In this document: positions 18,944 to 28,812 of the stretch, piece by piece | Numbering within the stretch: the first letter of the stretch is position 1 | How the letters are laid out: each line of letters begins with the position of its first letter | Assembly (NCBI GenBank): GCA_028377305.1 | Contig: JAONJW010000008.1 | Coordinates: 1,455 to 65,454, forward strand | Direction: 5' to 3' | DNA: 64,000 nt | DNA from: Prolixibacteraceae bacterium | Lineage (GTDB): Bacteria; Bacteroidota; Bacteroidia; Bacteroidales; Prolixibacteraceae | Notes under the pieces: model-generated | What the model saw: only the letters and a program-made list of their open reading frames with translations | Told to the model about the DNA's origin: nothing | The model's database searches: none | Position numbers and translations under genes: made by a program

Positions 18944-20407
18944 GTGAATTTTTCAAGAAAAGAAGTAAAGCAGCCAACATTAACACAGGCACTAATACCA
19001 ATTGCATTTTTATTAACATTATTGGCAATAAACGTAAAGATTTTTGACGACACCATTGCAGGATCAAATCAAATTGCAATACTACTAACTGGGGGGTTAG
19101 CAGGTCTAATTGCAATATTAAACGGTCAAAATTGGGAGAATCTTCAACATCAGATTTTAAAAACATTACACTCTGCAATGCCTTCCATGCTCATTCTATT
19201 TCTTATTGGATCTCTAGCTGGAACATGGATGATCAGTGGAGTGGTTCCAGCAATGATTTACTATGGGCTAGATATCGTAAACCCTACCTTCTTTCTATTT
19301 TCAGCTGTCATTGTTTCAGCAATCGTATCAGTAGCAACAGGAAGTTCGTGGTCAACCATTGCAACGATTGGGGTGGCACTACTAGGAATTGGTAAAGCTT
19401 TAGGTTTCTCAGAAGCCATTATTGCTGGCGCCATCATTAGTGGAGCATATTTTGGAGATAAGATGTCACCTTTATCTGACACCACAAATCTGGCCCCTGC
19501 AATGGCAGGAACGGATCTATTTACTCACATACGCTACATGATGTACACCACAATTCCTTCCATAACAATAACCCTCGTTATCTTTTTGGTTCTAGGATTT
19601 ACTATTGATACACATGGTATAGCAGATATCTCTGCAGTGAAAGATTCTATTGCACAAACTTTTACTATCACACCAATCCTTTTCCTTGTACCAATAGCAC
19701 TCTTGGCAATTATTATGCTGAAGATGCCTCCTATTCCAGCCCTACTTGTTGGGACACTACTCGGAGGATTGGCATCCATTATCTATCAACCTCATATTAT
19801 AAATGAAATCTCTGGTATAACCAATGACTATGTACTATCATCGTACAAAGGAGTAATGCAGTCCATGTTTGGATCTATCTCAATTAAAACAGATAACCAC
19901 ATGGTTTCAGATCTCTTGAATACTTCTGGAATGTCAGGAATGCTCTCAACCATTTGGCTAATCATATCTGCAATGGTCTTTGCAGGAATCATGGAAGGGG
20001 GGCACTTCTTACAAAGAATAACCCAGTCTATTATCAAGTTTGCAAACACCACGACATCACTTGTTGCAACAACTGTAGGAACAGGAGTATTCTTCAACTT
20101 TACAGCATCTGATCAATACTTAGCTATTGTTGTCGCTGGTAGAATGTATAAAAACACTTATCAAGACAAAAAAATAGCACCTGAAGTCCTAAGTAGAGCA
20201 CTTGAAGATTCAGGAACTGTAACCTCAGTACTTATCCCATGGAATACGTGTGGTGCAGCCCAAGCAAAAGTTTTGGGTGTGGCTACACTCACCTATCTCC
20301 CATACTGTTTCTTTAATATTATTAGTCCAATCATGTCGATATTTATCGCAATGATTGGATACAAAATACGATATATCAAACAAAATAAAAACGAAACCTT
20401 ATCTTAA
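18944..20407 (+). CDS. nhaC: NhaC-family Na+/H+ antiporter
   Basis: TGSSWST..TIG, GAIISGAYFGDKMSPLSDTTN, LSRALEDSGT..S.LIPWN motifs; multiple TM helices. Confidence 0.93.
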   Translation: MNFSRKEVKQPTLTQALIPIAFLLTLLAINVKIFDDTIAGSNQIAILLTGGLAGLIAILNGQNWENLQHQILKTLHSAMPSMLILFLIGSLAGTWMISGVVPAMIYYGLDIVNPTFFLFSAVIVSAIVSVATGSSWSTIATIGVALLGIGKALGFSEAIIAGAIISGAYFGDKMSPLSDTTNLAPAMAGTDLFTHIRYMMYTTIPSITITLVIFLVLGFTIDTHGIADISAVKDSIAQTFTITPILFLVPIALLAIIMLKMPPIPALLVGTLLGGLASIIYQPHIINEISGITNDYVLSSYKGVMQSMFGSISIKTDNHMVSDLLNTSGMSGMLSTIWLIISAMVFAGIMEGGHFLQRITQSIIKFANTTTSLVATTVGTGVFFNFTASDQYLAIVVAGRMYKNTYQDKKIAPEVLSRALEDSGTVTSVLIPWNTCGAAQAKVLGVATLTYLPYCFFNIISPIMSIFIAMIGYKIRYIKQNKNETLS

Positions 20408-20454
20408 AACACAATAGGAGCTCTGACTAAGAGCTCCTATTGTGTTTTAAGATA
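20400..20454. terminator. Bidirectional terminator; perfect 25-bp-arm inverted repeat
   Basis: 20400-20424 pairs perfectly with 20430-20454 (loop GACTA), between convergent genes. Confidence 0.85.
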
Positions 20455-20457
20455 TAT

Positions 20458-21114
20458 CTACCGACCATTCATGGCCCTAATTCTAGAGAACACCAAATAA
20501 TTTGATAGGTTAGACATTAGACTAAAAATATCATACGGAACAATTAGTTGCGTATTTGTCTCCACCTCTAAAGGTAGTTCGAAAGAGCGATTCACTCTCT
20601 TCCCCCTACTTATGACCTCCACTGAATGATATGAATTATAGATGATCATTTTCAAACACAAACAGCCTTTAAAGCAATTTCTTTCAACTTTCCGAAGATA
20701 GAATGGAAGTTCAATAGTAGTTAAGCTTTTACAACCACCAAAGGCTTCATAACCTAGAATCTCAAGATAGTCAGGAAAAGAGACATAAGATCTTAGATTA
20801 TAACAATTAACAAAAGCCCTTTTGGCAATAAAGCGAAGCTTAGATGGCCAATGATCAACGTTTATAATATTTTTTTGATTCGCAAAGGCACCTTTAGCGA
20901 TCCCAACAACCTCCTTTCCATTAATCTTATCTGGCAAAGAAAGAATGATCTGCTCTTTATCCGATATATTCACACCACAAATAACCACCCCTGATTCAAG
21001 GTCTTTACATATTAATTCAACATCATTATTTATTGAAATGGCAAGAGGAGGGTCGTCGACGATAGATTGTTCAAACAAATTATAATCTAAAGCAGAGCTG
21101 AACAGATAAGTCAT
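20458..21114 (-). CDS. BspA-type leucine-rich repeat (LRR_5) protein
   Basis: LPDKINGKEVVGIAKGAF, IAKRAF.NC.NL, LGYEAFGGCKSLTTIELP, CFKGC..L repeats. Confidence 0.8.
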   Translation of the reverse strand: MTYLFSSALDYNLFEQSIVDDPPLAISINNDVELICKDLESGVVICGVNISDKEQIILSLPDKINGKEVVGIAKGAFANQKNIINVDHWPSKLRFIAKRAFVNCYNLRSYVSFPDYLEILGYEAFGGCKSLTTIELPFYLRKVERNCFKGCLCLKMIIYNSYHSVEVISRGKRVNRSFELPLEVETNTQLIVPYDIFSLMSNLSNYLVFSRIRAMNGR

Positions 21115-21672
21115 AGCATGAATATTAAAAGTGTTTCCATAAGGTTCTCATTAATATAACAACATTAATATTCGTTTTGTTACAAAAATATCTACTAATT
21201 AATTCTTCCAACACAGCTTCTAAGAGTGTGTAAGTTATCTTTATGTATTATTTAAAATACCTATTGCTAATTCCGAATTATACACGTCTCACCACTAAGT
21301 CTTCTACCATATCAACTCCTAATTTAACAGTGACCAAGTACTGACCATGTCTATGAGAACTATTTAAACAGTTTTGTTCCTATCCACGTAATCGTCAACC
21401 AAAGTAATATAACTAAATACCAATGAACAGGAGTTCGTTAACGATGGATTAATTGTCCCAATAAAATACTGGATTTGTTTGCCTTTATTGTGTATTGTTA
21501 AGTACCAGTTAAACACGTCTTAGTGCAATATCATTATATCGGAGAATATATAAATGACATAGGAGTAAGATACTTTTCATTTTATTCAAAAGACATTTCA
21601 TTCAATATATCAAGCACTTAAAGACACAATTCTATCAGAGATTATTTTTCTAATATTTTATTTATTAAAAAT

Positions 21673-21699
21673 TGTAACAAACATCCTCCTAATGCGTCT
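21673..21699 (+). promoter_or_regulatory. ECF-sigma-type promoter TGTAAC-N16-CGTCT
   Basis: Classic AAC (-35) and CGT (-10) ECF architecture, with no downstream plus-strand ORF. Confidence 0.6.
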
Positions 21700-21704
21700 T
21701 ATAC

Positions 21705-21810
21705 ATAGTAGATATTTAATTACAATTTCGCCAAAATTGTATAAGTCTACTATCTCATAGATTTTATATTTGATTTGTAAGGTGATCCTGTTAGGTCACC
21801 TTATTTTTTT
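21705..21810 (+). ncRNA. Candidate small regulatory RNA (about 105 nt)
   Basis: ECF-like promoter, 5' stem-loop (21705-21753), U-rich linker, and its own terminator TAAGGTGA..TCACCTTA+T7. Both flanking genes are on the minus strand. Confidence 0.6.
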
Positions 21811-21814
21811 ACAC

Positions 21815-21842
21815 AAAAAAGCCTAGCGATACTGCTAGGCTT
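21815..21842 (-). terminator. Intrinsic terminator of the sulfatase gene
   Basis: AAGCCTAGC/GCTAGGCTT stem followed by a T-run on the minus strand. Confidence 0.8.
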
Positions 21843-21879
21843 ATTCACTGTTTATCTGATATGTAGTTAACGGTACGTC

Positions 21880-23436
21880 CTACTTAAGTTCAAGTTTCTC
21901 AACATTCTTAAGATAATCTTCACCACGTAATTCGATGAACAACTTCTTCATCTCTTCCAACTTTTCTGGATTTGAAGAAGCCAAGTTATGTTGCTGTCCA
22001 ATATCTTCTTTAACATTGAATAATTGATAGTCATTATCATTCCCCACTTCAATATCAACAAACTCATTTACAGCTTTACCTTGATAAGGAGGGATTAGAA
22101 TCCAGTTTCCTTGGCGCAGTAGTGTACGACTTGTTGCTTCTGTAATCAATGTCTCACGACCTTTTTTTGATTCACCTAATAGAGCTGGAAGAATATTCTC
22201 ACTATCTGGGCCAATGATATCACTTCCTAACATATGAGCAAAAGAAGACATTAAATCAACTTGACATACAATCGCATCAGAAACAACTGGCTTGATGTGA
22301 CCTTTCCAATATGTAATAAATGGAACACGAGCTCCTGCTTCATACAAACTATATTTTCCTCCCCTAAGAGATCCCCATGGTTTATGCTCTCCTAGTTTTT
22401 CAACCGCATCATCATAATAGCCATCATTAAGAACTGGACCATTGTCACTAGTAACAACAATAATAGTATTCTCTAAGATACCTTCTTTATCAAGAGTATT
22501 TACCAACTGACCGATTGCCCAGTCTGCCTCAAGAACAACATCACCTCGAGGTCCTAAACCAGACTTCCCAACGAATTTAGGGTTCGGTACGCGTGGTACG
22601 TGTGGTTGCTCCAATGCATAATAAAGGAAGAATGGTTTATTTTTATGCGTCTTAATATAATCTTCAGCTTGTGCTAGAAATACATTTGCCATAGTCTCAT
22701 CGTTCCAACGAGCAGCCTTTCCCCCTTTCATAAAACCAATACGAGGAACACCATTTACGATTGTTCCATTATGTCCATGGTGCCATTTCATCATCAACAT
22801 TTCAGGGTTGTTCAAACCTGTTGGCTCTCCATCATAATTCTTATCGTAGCTTACATAAATAGGATCCTTTGGATCAAGCCCTTCGACCTTTCCGTCTTTT
22901 AAGTAAACAGTAGGAACACGGTCTGCTGTTGCTGCCATATAAAAAGCATAGTCGAATCCAACTTCGTTGGGACCTGGGCTTACACGCTGATTCCAATCTA
23001 CAATACCTGTCCCTAAGCCAAGGTGCCATTTACCGACTAAAGCTGTTTGATAACCATTTTTACGGAACATTTTAGGCATTGTCATTTGATCTGTTTTGAT
23101 CAATAATGGTGCTGTACCCGGAAGAATTTTGGCATCTTTATTTCTCCATGGATAACGTCCAGTCAATAACCCATAACGACTCGGTGTACAAGTAGCAGAA
23201 GTAGCATACCCATCAGTAAAAAGAGCCCCTTCATTTGCAAGTTTATCAATATTTGGCGTCTTTAGAACTTTCCCACCATATGCACTCACATCACCATATC
23301 CTAGATCATCTAAACAGATTACTACGACATTTGGCTTTTTAACCTCTTCTTTCTTGCTCTCCTTCTTTGTCTGACATGCACCCAAAGATAGTAGTGCAGC
23401 AGTTGAAAAAGCAATTTTACCAAGTTTGTTTCTCAT
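21880..23436 (-). CDS. Arylsulfatase (family S1, Cys-type) lipoprotein
   Basis: KPNVV.I..DDLGYGD, CTPSR (formylglycine motif), GKWHLG, TSDNG, GGKYS.YEAG.RVP; lipobox LGAC. Confidence 0.95.
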   Translation of the reverse strand: MRNKLGKIAFSTAALLSLGACQTKKESKKEEVKKPNVVVICLDDLGYGDVSAYGGKVLKTPNIDKLANEGALFTDGYATSATCTPSRYGLLTGRYPWRNKDAKILPGTAPLLIKTDQMTMPKMFRKNGYQTALVGKWHLGLGTGIVDWNQRVSPGPNEVGFDYAFYMAATADRVPTVYLKDGKVEGLDPKDPIYVSYDKNYDGEPTGLNNPEMLMMKWHHGHNGTIVNGVPRIGFMKGGKAARWNDETMANVFLAQAEDYIKTHKNKPFFLYYALEQPHVPRVPNPKFVGKSGLGPRGDVVLEADWAIGQLVNTLDKEGILENTIIVVTSDNGPVLNDGYYDDAVEKLGEHKPWGSLRGGKYSLYEAGARVPFITYWKGHIKPVVSDAIVCQVDLMSSFAHMLGSDIIGPDSENILPALLGESKKGRETLITEATSRTLLRQGNWILIPPYQGKAVNEFVDIEVGNDNDYQLFNVKEDIGQQHNLASSNPEKLEEMKKLFIELRGEDYLKNVEKLELK

Positions 23437-23789
23437 TACTTTCTATGTATTTCGTTTTATAGATCTAGTGTTTTAAATTGCCTTAAGAGTCTTCGTATCA
23501 GAAACGACCTAGACTAGTATACTCAGATATCAAACACTATAGATGCAAGATATCAAAAAAAGAGGAGTTAAAAGTCATCTATAATCCATAAAGAGTGATG
23601 TTATAATACATATTTTTAGTCTCATATTATACAAATAAACGAACACCATCAACATAAAACACTGATAAAAAGAGACATTATAGACACACTTTAGGTTAAC
23701 CCATAAGTTGAGTTAATAATCTCGAAACAAAATATTCAATACACCTGTTTAAAATATAAAGTAGATTCTCAAAACAAAAAAGTGACTTT

Positions 23790-24743
23790 ATGAACACAAC
23801 TATTAAGAATTTATATAATGGGATCAAAGGAACAATTATTGGTCAGAACGAATTGATAGAGTCTTTGATTATTGGACTTCTTGCAGAAGGAAATCTACTG
23901 TTAGAAGGATTACCTGGACTTGCAAAAACAAGGGCTGTGAAATCATTAAGTCACGTAATGGATATTGAGATGAACCGGGTTCAATTCACCCCGGATCTTC
24001 TGCCCTCAGATATTACAGGAACCGAAATTTATAACCCTGAGAGTGACGATTCATTTCAATTTAAACAGGGGCCCATCTTTTGTAACCTTGTACTAGCAGA
24101 TGAAATAAATAGAGCGCCAGCCAAAGTACAGTCAGCACTTCTTGAAGCAATGGAAGAACATCAAGTTACTGTGGCTGGCAAAACCTACATTATGGATCCA
24201 CTATTTATGGTTATTGCCACACAGAATCCAATCGAACAGGAAGGAACCTATCCTCTTCCAGAAGCACAACTGGATCGTTTTATGATGAAAATAAACATTA
24301 ACTATTTAAACCTTGAACAGGAGGAGTTAATGCTTAAAATGGTTCGAGGAGAAGAGACTGACATGATGAAAGAGATTGAACCCATAGCCAAAGAGATCGT
24401 ATTTAAGGCTAGAGAAGTAATCTCACGATTGCATGTATCAGATGAAATAAATAAATACATTATCCGTCTAGTGGATGCCACACGAAATCCTAGTAAGTAT
24501 GATGAAACGATTGCTAAATATATATCATTCGGAGCAAGCCCAAGAGGAACAATTGCACTCGACAAAACAGCAAGATGCTACGCCTATATTCAAGAAAGAG
24601 ACTATGTTACTATAGATGACATTAGATTAGTTGCACACAGAGTTCTGAGACACCGTATAGCCCTAACTTATCAAGCCAATATTGACAAAAAAAATGCAGA
24701 TGATATTATCTCTGCAATACTTAATATCGTACCAATATCTTAG
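23790..24743 (+). CDS. moxR: MoxR-family AAA+ ATPase
   Basis: LLEGLPGLAKT, RVQFTPDLLPSDITG, LADEINRAPAKVQSALLEAM, ATQNPIEQEGTYPLPEAQLDRF. Confidence 0.95.
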   Translation: MNTTIKNLYNGIKGTIIGQNELIESLIIGLLAEGNLLLEGLPGLAKTRAVKSLSHVMDIEMNRVQFTPDLLPSDITGTEIYNPESDDSFQFKQGPIFCNLVLADEINRAPAKVQSALLEAMEEHQVTVAGKTYIMDPLFMVIATQNPIEQEGTYPLPEAQLDRFMMKININYLNLEQEELMLKMVRGEETDMMKEIEPIAKEIVFKAREVISRLHVSDEINKYIIRLVDATRNPSKYDETIAKYISFGASPRGTIALDKTARCYAYIQERDYVTIDDIRLVAHRVLRHRIALTYQANIDKKNADDIISAILNIVPIS

Positions 24744-24747
24744 TCTA

Positions 24748-25662
24748 ATGATTTCAAAATCTCAAATATCTATTAACGATTTACTTCAACTGGAAGCTGT
24801 TGCAACTGGTCCTGAATTCTTTCGCCAACAGAGAGTCTCTGGACTACTCTCAGGCAAGCATCGCTCTTCATTGAAAGGAAGAGGCCTAGACTTCGCAGAA
24901 GTTCGAAAGTACATATTGGGAGATGATATTAGAAACATAGACTGGAAAGTAACCGCGCGAACACGAATAACACACACCAAAATCTTTAGCGAAGAGAAAG
25001 AACGTCCTCAATTAACCTTACTGGATCTAAGCCGTAAGACTCTATTTGGAAGTAAGTTTACTCTCAAATGTCATGTCGTTTTAAAGATTGCTGCAATACA
25101 CGGGTTTAGGGCACTTAAAATAGGTGATCGATTTGGAGCAATTCTACTAGATGACCATAATATTCAGATGGTAAAACCTTCCAGAAGTAGATCCCATTTT
25201 CAAGCAATCCTGGGACATGCTGTCAAAAAATGTAATTATGCGACTTCGCACCCACTTGAATCACAAGTATCCACAACCACAGAAGAAGCATTAAGTCAAC
25301 TATTAGGTATTGCTCATCATGATTACATTATCAATATAGCGACTGACGCTTCTCTACTCTCAGAGCAAAGCATCCATTACATTGGCATACTTGCGCAAAG
25401 CAATAGTGTTATTGTCTCTCACATTATCGACCCCTTGGATAATATCCTACCTAATGAAAAAGTGCCCTTTTCGGATTCTCAATTCCAAATTGATTGGAAG
25501 ATCGATCAAAAAGCACAGTTAGAATATAAAAATGCTTATATCAAACATTTAAATCAGCTTGAAAATAAACTAGCCTCCTTTAATGTTCCCTTTTTGAAGT
25601 TTAACACAGACCAAGACCTAAAGATTCAATTAAAAGAGATATTAGATGAAAACTATCAATAA
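24748..25662 (+). CDS. DUF58 domain protein
   Basis: G.H.S..KGRGLDFAEVR.Y..GDDIRNIDWKVTAR; the ATG at 24748 is preferred over the overlapping TTG. Confidence 0.92.
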   Translation: MISKSQISINDLLQLEAVATGPEFFRQQRVSGLLSGKHRSSLKGRGLDFAEVRKYILGDDIRNIDWKVTARTRITHTKIFSEEKERPQLTLLDLSRKTLFGSKFTLKCHVVLKIAAIHGFRALKIGDRFGAILLDDHNIQMVKPSRSRSHFQAILGHAVKKCNYATSHPLESQVSTTTEEALSQLLGIAHHDYIINIATDASLLSEQSIHYIGILAQSNSVIVSHIIDPLDNILPNEKVPFSDSQFQIDWKIDQKAQLEYKNAYIKHLNQLENKLASFNVPFLKFNTDQDLKIQLKEILDENYQ

Positions 25663-26107
25663 TAATTTTGACAACCTACTCCCTCCTAGTCCAGTAGAGT
25701 TCACTCCATATGCTATCGGATGGAAAGTCTCAGGCGTAATCATAATCTGTATACTATTATTATTGATTATATGGTGGATTATACGATACCGTAGAAATAG
25801 ATATAGAAAGGAGGCACTGAAGCTTATCTCTGAACTTCACACAAAAGGACAACCACGACTTATTCAAATAGATAAAATTATACGACGAACAGCTTTTACT
25901 GCATATCAAGATTCACGGGTAAAGAGCATGACACAAGATAGTTGGTACAACTTTCTTTTAAAACATGCTCCAACTTATCACAAAGAAACAGACTTTATAC
26001 CATCTCTTTCTGAGCTATTTTATGGTGTAGAGAACAATGAAAAGGAAATACTAATCTCAAAATACGAAGAATATGCAAGATTTTGGATTCGACAACATGA
26101 ACTTTGA
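25646..26107 (+). CDS. DUF4381 membrane protein
   Basis: PPSPV.F.P.A.GW, then a TM helix, then RNRYRKEAL; operon position fits. Confidence 0.85.
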   Translation: MKTINNNFDNLLPPSPVEFTPYAIGWKVSGVIIICILLLLIIWWIIRYRRNRYRKEALKLISELHTKGQPRLIQIDKIIRRTAFTAYQDSRVKSMTQDSWYNFLLKHAPTYHKETDFIPSLSELFYGVENNEKEILISKYEEYARFWIRQHEL

Positions 26108-27080
26108 ATGGTCACAAGCATGGATACTTGTGTTTATTCTACTTCCGCCTCTTGTATTCTTTTTCTCACCTCCCATGCGCCAAAGAAGTAAAGCAATTAT
26201 TCATCCTGCATTCAACCGCTTAACCCAAATATCAAAAATAAAACCATCGACAAAAGCTTGGGTAACAAAAAAGAATGTCATACAATGGACACTAACCTAT
26301 ATTGTTTATGTACTTATTGTTGTAGCAACAGGTGGACCTAAATTCGTTGGGGTTCCCGAAAAGAAAATTAAAACTGCTAGAAATTTTTTAATTACAGCCG
26401 ATTTATCTTTTAGTATGAATACAAAAGATTGGCAAGTAGATAATAAGAAACTATCTAGATGGCATGCTGTACAAAAAATTATGGTTAACTTTATTGAAGG
26501 ACGAAAAAGTGATCGAATAGGCCTCATTCTTTTTGCTTCACATGCATACCTACAAGCTCCTCTTACAAGTGACCGAAACTCTATCATGTGGCTTCTGGAA
26601 GATGCAGAAGTTGGAATGGCAGGTCAAATGACTAATATTGGAGATGCCATAGCATATGGAATGAAGGTGTTTAAAAATGACACAATCAAACAAAAGGTTA
26701 TGCTACTTTTAACGGATGGTGTTGACAGTGGAATTGGAACAAACCCTCTAGATGCCTCATCCATAGCCAAAGAAGATAGTATTAAAATATACACCCTGGG
26801 AATAGGGGATCCGAGTGGGAAAGATAAAATTGACGAAAAGACCCTAACCTATATTTCTGAATCTACTGGAGCAAAATATTTTAGAGCAATGGATAGCGAG
26901 CAGCTTAAAAAAGCTTACAAAGCACTAAACGAACTAGAGCCTATTGAGTATGAAACTTCTCAGATTAAACCTGAGATTCTACTCTACCCTTATCCATTAG
27001 CCATTGCACTCATCATATCTTTTATCCTCATCTTATATCTTGTTATTTTGTCACGATTAAAAGCAGCGAAGAATGAATAA
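26097..27080 (+). CDS. batA: VWA domain protein (BatA-like)
   Basis: MIDAS DLSFSM, DRIGLILF...AYLQAPLT.D, T.IGDAI, LLTDG, IYTLGIG. Confidence 0.88.
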   Translation: MNFEWSQAWILVFILLPPLVFFFSPPMRQRSKAIIHPAFNRLTQISKIKPSTKAWVTKKNVIQWTLTYIVYVLIVVATGGPKFVGVPEKKIKTARNFLITADLSFSMNTKDWQVDNKKLSRWHAVQKIMVNFIEGRKSDRIGLILFASHAYLQAPLTSDRNSIMWLLEDAEVGMAGQMTNIGDAIAYGMKVFKNDTIKQKVMLLLTDGVDSGIGTNPLDASSIAKEDSIKIYTLGIGDPSGKDKIDEKTLTYISESTGAKYFRAMDSEQLKKAYKALNELEPIEYETSQIKPEILLYPYPLAIALIISFILILYLVILSRLKAAKNE

Positions 27081-28812
27081 TGCAGAACTCATTACATATA
27101 TCGATCATTTTCATTTCCTTAGACCTATGCTACTATGGTTTCTTCTTCCCATGTTGGTATTGGTAGCCTATTATTACTTCAACAAAACAATAGATGTTAA
27201 ATGGGAGCAGAACATTCTACCCGAATATCGGATTTTTATCATATCCAATATAATGCAGAAAAAAATATCATGGCCTGCTCTTATCTATTTCGCAATATTT
27301 ACTTTCTCCATTATTGGTTTGGCAGGTCCTACATTCAAGCAAAAGCAACTACCTAAGGTATTAAACAAAGCAGAAGTCATTATCGCCTTAGACCTTTCTC
27401 AAAGTATGATGACCACAGATATTTCTCCCAATAGACTAGAAAGAGCGAAATTAAAAATCCGCGATCTGTTTGATCTTAATCTCAATACTAAGATCGGTCT
27501 AATGGCTTATGCAGGAACATCACATGTGATCTTTCCTCCTAGCCAGGATAAACAAATTATGGTACCATACATGAATGCCATAAAACCACGTATTATGCCT
27601 ATCTCTGGGAGCAACTACTCTATATTGATAAACAATGTAGATACTCTATTAAAAGCAGTCGAAGCCCCATCAACGATCCTACTTGTTACAGATGAGCTTA
27701 CACATGATGATGCAACCCAATTGTCGAATTATATCAATAAAAGTAGGAACTATCTTATAGTATGGCAGATGAGCACACAAAATGGAGGAGTCGTACCATC
27801 TCCACTAAATTCCCAAAAACCACTCCGTCATAATAGAAAAGTAGTAAGATCATCTTCTGATCCAGAGGTAGTATCCTTCTTGCAGCTCAATGATCATATT
27901 TGGGTTATTCCTATTACATTAGATGAAACCGACACAAAGTATATTGGGAATATTATCAACCAACATAAAGTGATAAAGAAAGCTTCAGATGAAAAATCGA
28001 ATCAATGGGAAGATGTTGGCATTTGGTTCTTAATTCCTTGTTTAATTCTTGGACTTCTATGGTTCCGTAAAGGTTGGGTAATAGGGTGGTGTATTCTTAT
28101 AACAACTCTAATTTCATCATGCTCCATAGATTCAAAACAAGCAAATTGGTGGTACACAAACAACTACAGGGCTGAGAATGCTCTTAATAACGGAGATTAC
28201 CTAACTGCTGCAAATTTGTATGACACCCCATCGAACAAAGCATATGCCCTCTATAAGAGCGGAGACATTGAAAATGCTGCATCTCTATATGCAATGGATA
28301 CAACAGCTCAATCTAAATATAATTTAGGGCTTATATATGCACAAAATGGCGATCTTCTTATGGCGAAAGCTTCCTTTGAAATGGCAATACAGAAAGACCC
28401 ATCACTTTCCATTGCAAACGACAGGTTAGATACAATCAATGCTCTAATTAAGAAAAAACCTAGGCTCTTGAAAGTACTGCAGGAAGAAAAACATAGAAGC
28501 ATACAAAAATTTGATAATATTGAGAAGATATCCCCAAAAGATCAAAAGCTATCAGATAATGATTATAATGCAAATCGGGATACTACAGACAATAGTCACA
28601 ACAAAGTATACAGCGATAAGCACAAGTATAAAGAAGCCGATTGGCCACAAAATGATAAAGATAACAACAAACAATTGCGTAATCAAGTAGAAGCTTCCTC
28701 ATTAATTCTAGAAAAGACGGAAAGTGACCCAAGTGAATTTCTACGTAGAAAATTTATTCTTCAGCAAAAAAAGCACTATTCTAATGTTGTGAAAGGAGAA
28801 AAGACATGGTAA
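27073..28812 (+). CDS. VWA plus TPR protein (BatB/BatC-like fusion)
   Basis: FHFLRP, DLSQSM...DISPNRLERAK, followed by TPR repeats (YNLG..YAQ.G....A...F..A). Confidence 0.88.
   Translation: MNNAELITYIDHFHFLRPMLLWFLLPMLVLVAYYYFNKTIDVKWEQNILPEYRIFIISNIMQKKISWPALIYFAIFTFSIIGLAGPTFKQKQLPKVLNKAEVIIALDLSQSMMTTDISPNRLERAKLKIRDLFDLNLNTKIGLMAYAGTSHVIFPPSQDKQIMVPYMNAIKPRIMPISGSNYSILINNVDTLLKAVEAPSTILLVTDELTHDDATQLSNYINKSRNYLIVWQMSTQNGGVVPSPLNSQKPLRHNRKVVRSSSDPEVVSFLQLNDHIWVIPITLDETDTKYIGNIINQHKVIKKASDEKSNQWEDVGIWFLIPCLILGLLWFRKGWVIGWCILITTLISSCSIDSKQANWWYTNNYRAENALNNGDYLTAANLYDTPSNKAYALYKSGDIENAASLYAMDTTAQSKYNLGLIYAQNGDLLMAKASFEMAIQKDPSLSIANDRLDTINALIKKKPRLLKVLQEEKHRSIQKFDNIEKISPKDQKLSDNDYNANRDTTDNSHNKVYSDKHKYKEADWPQNDKDNNKQLRNQVEASSLILEKTESDPSEFLRRKFILQQKKHYSNVVKGEKTW

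Noticed and set aside
21278-21520. Minus-strand GQYLVTVKLG..V..LVVRRV* resembling a T9SS C-terminal domain remnant
   Set aside because: Too short and degenerate to distinguish from chance without a search.
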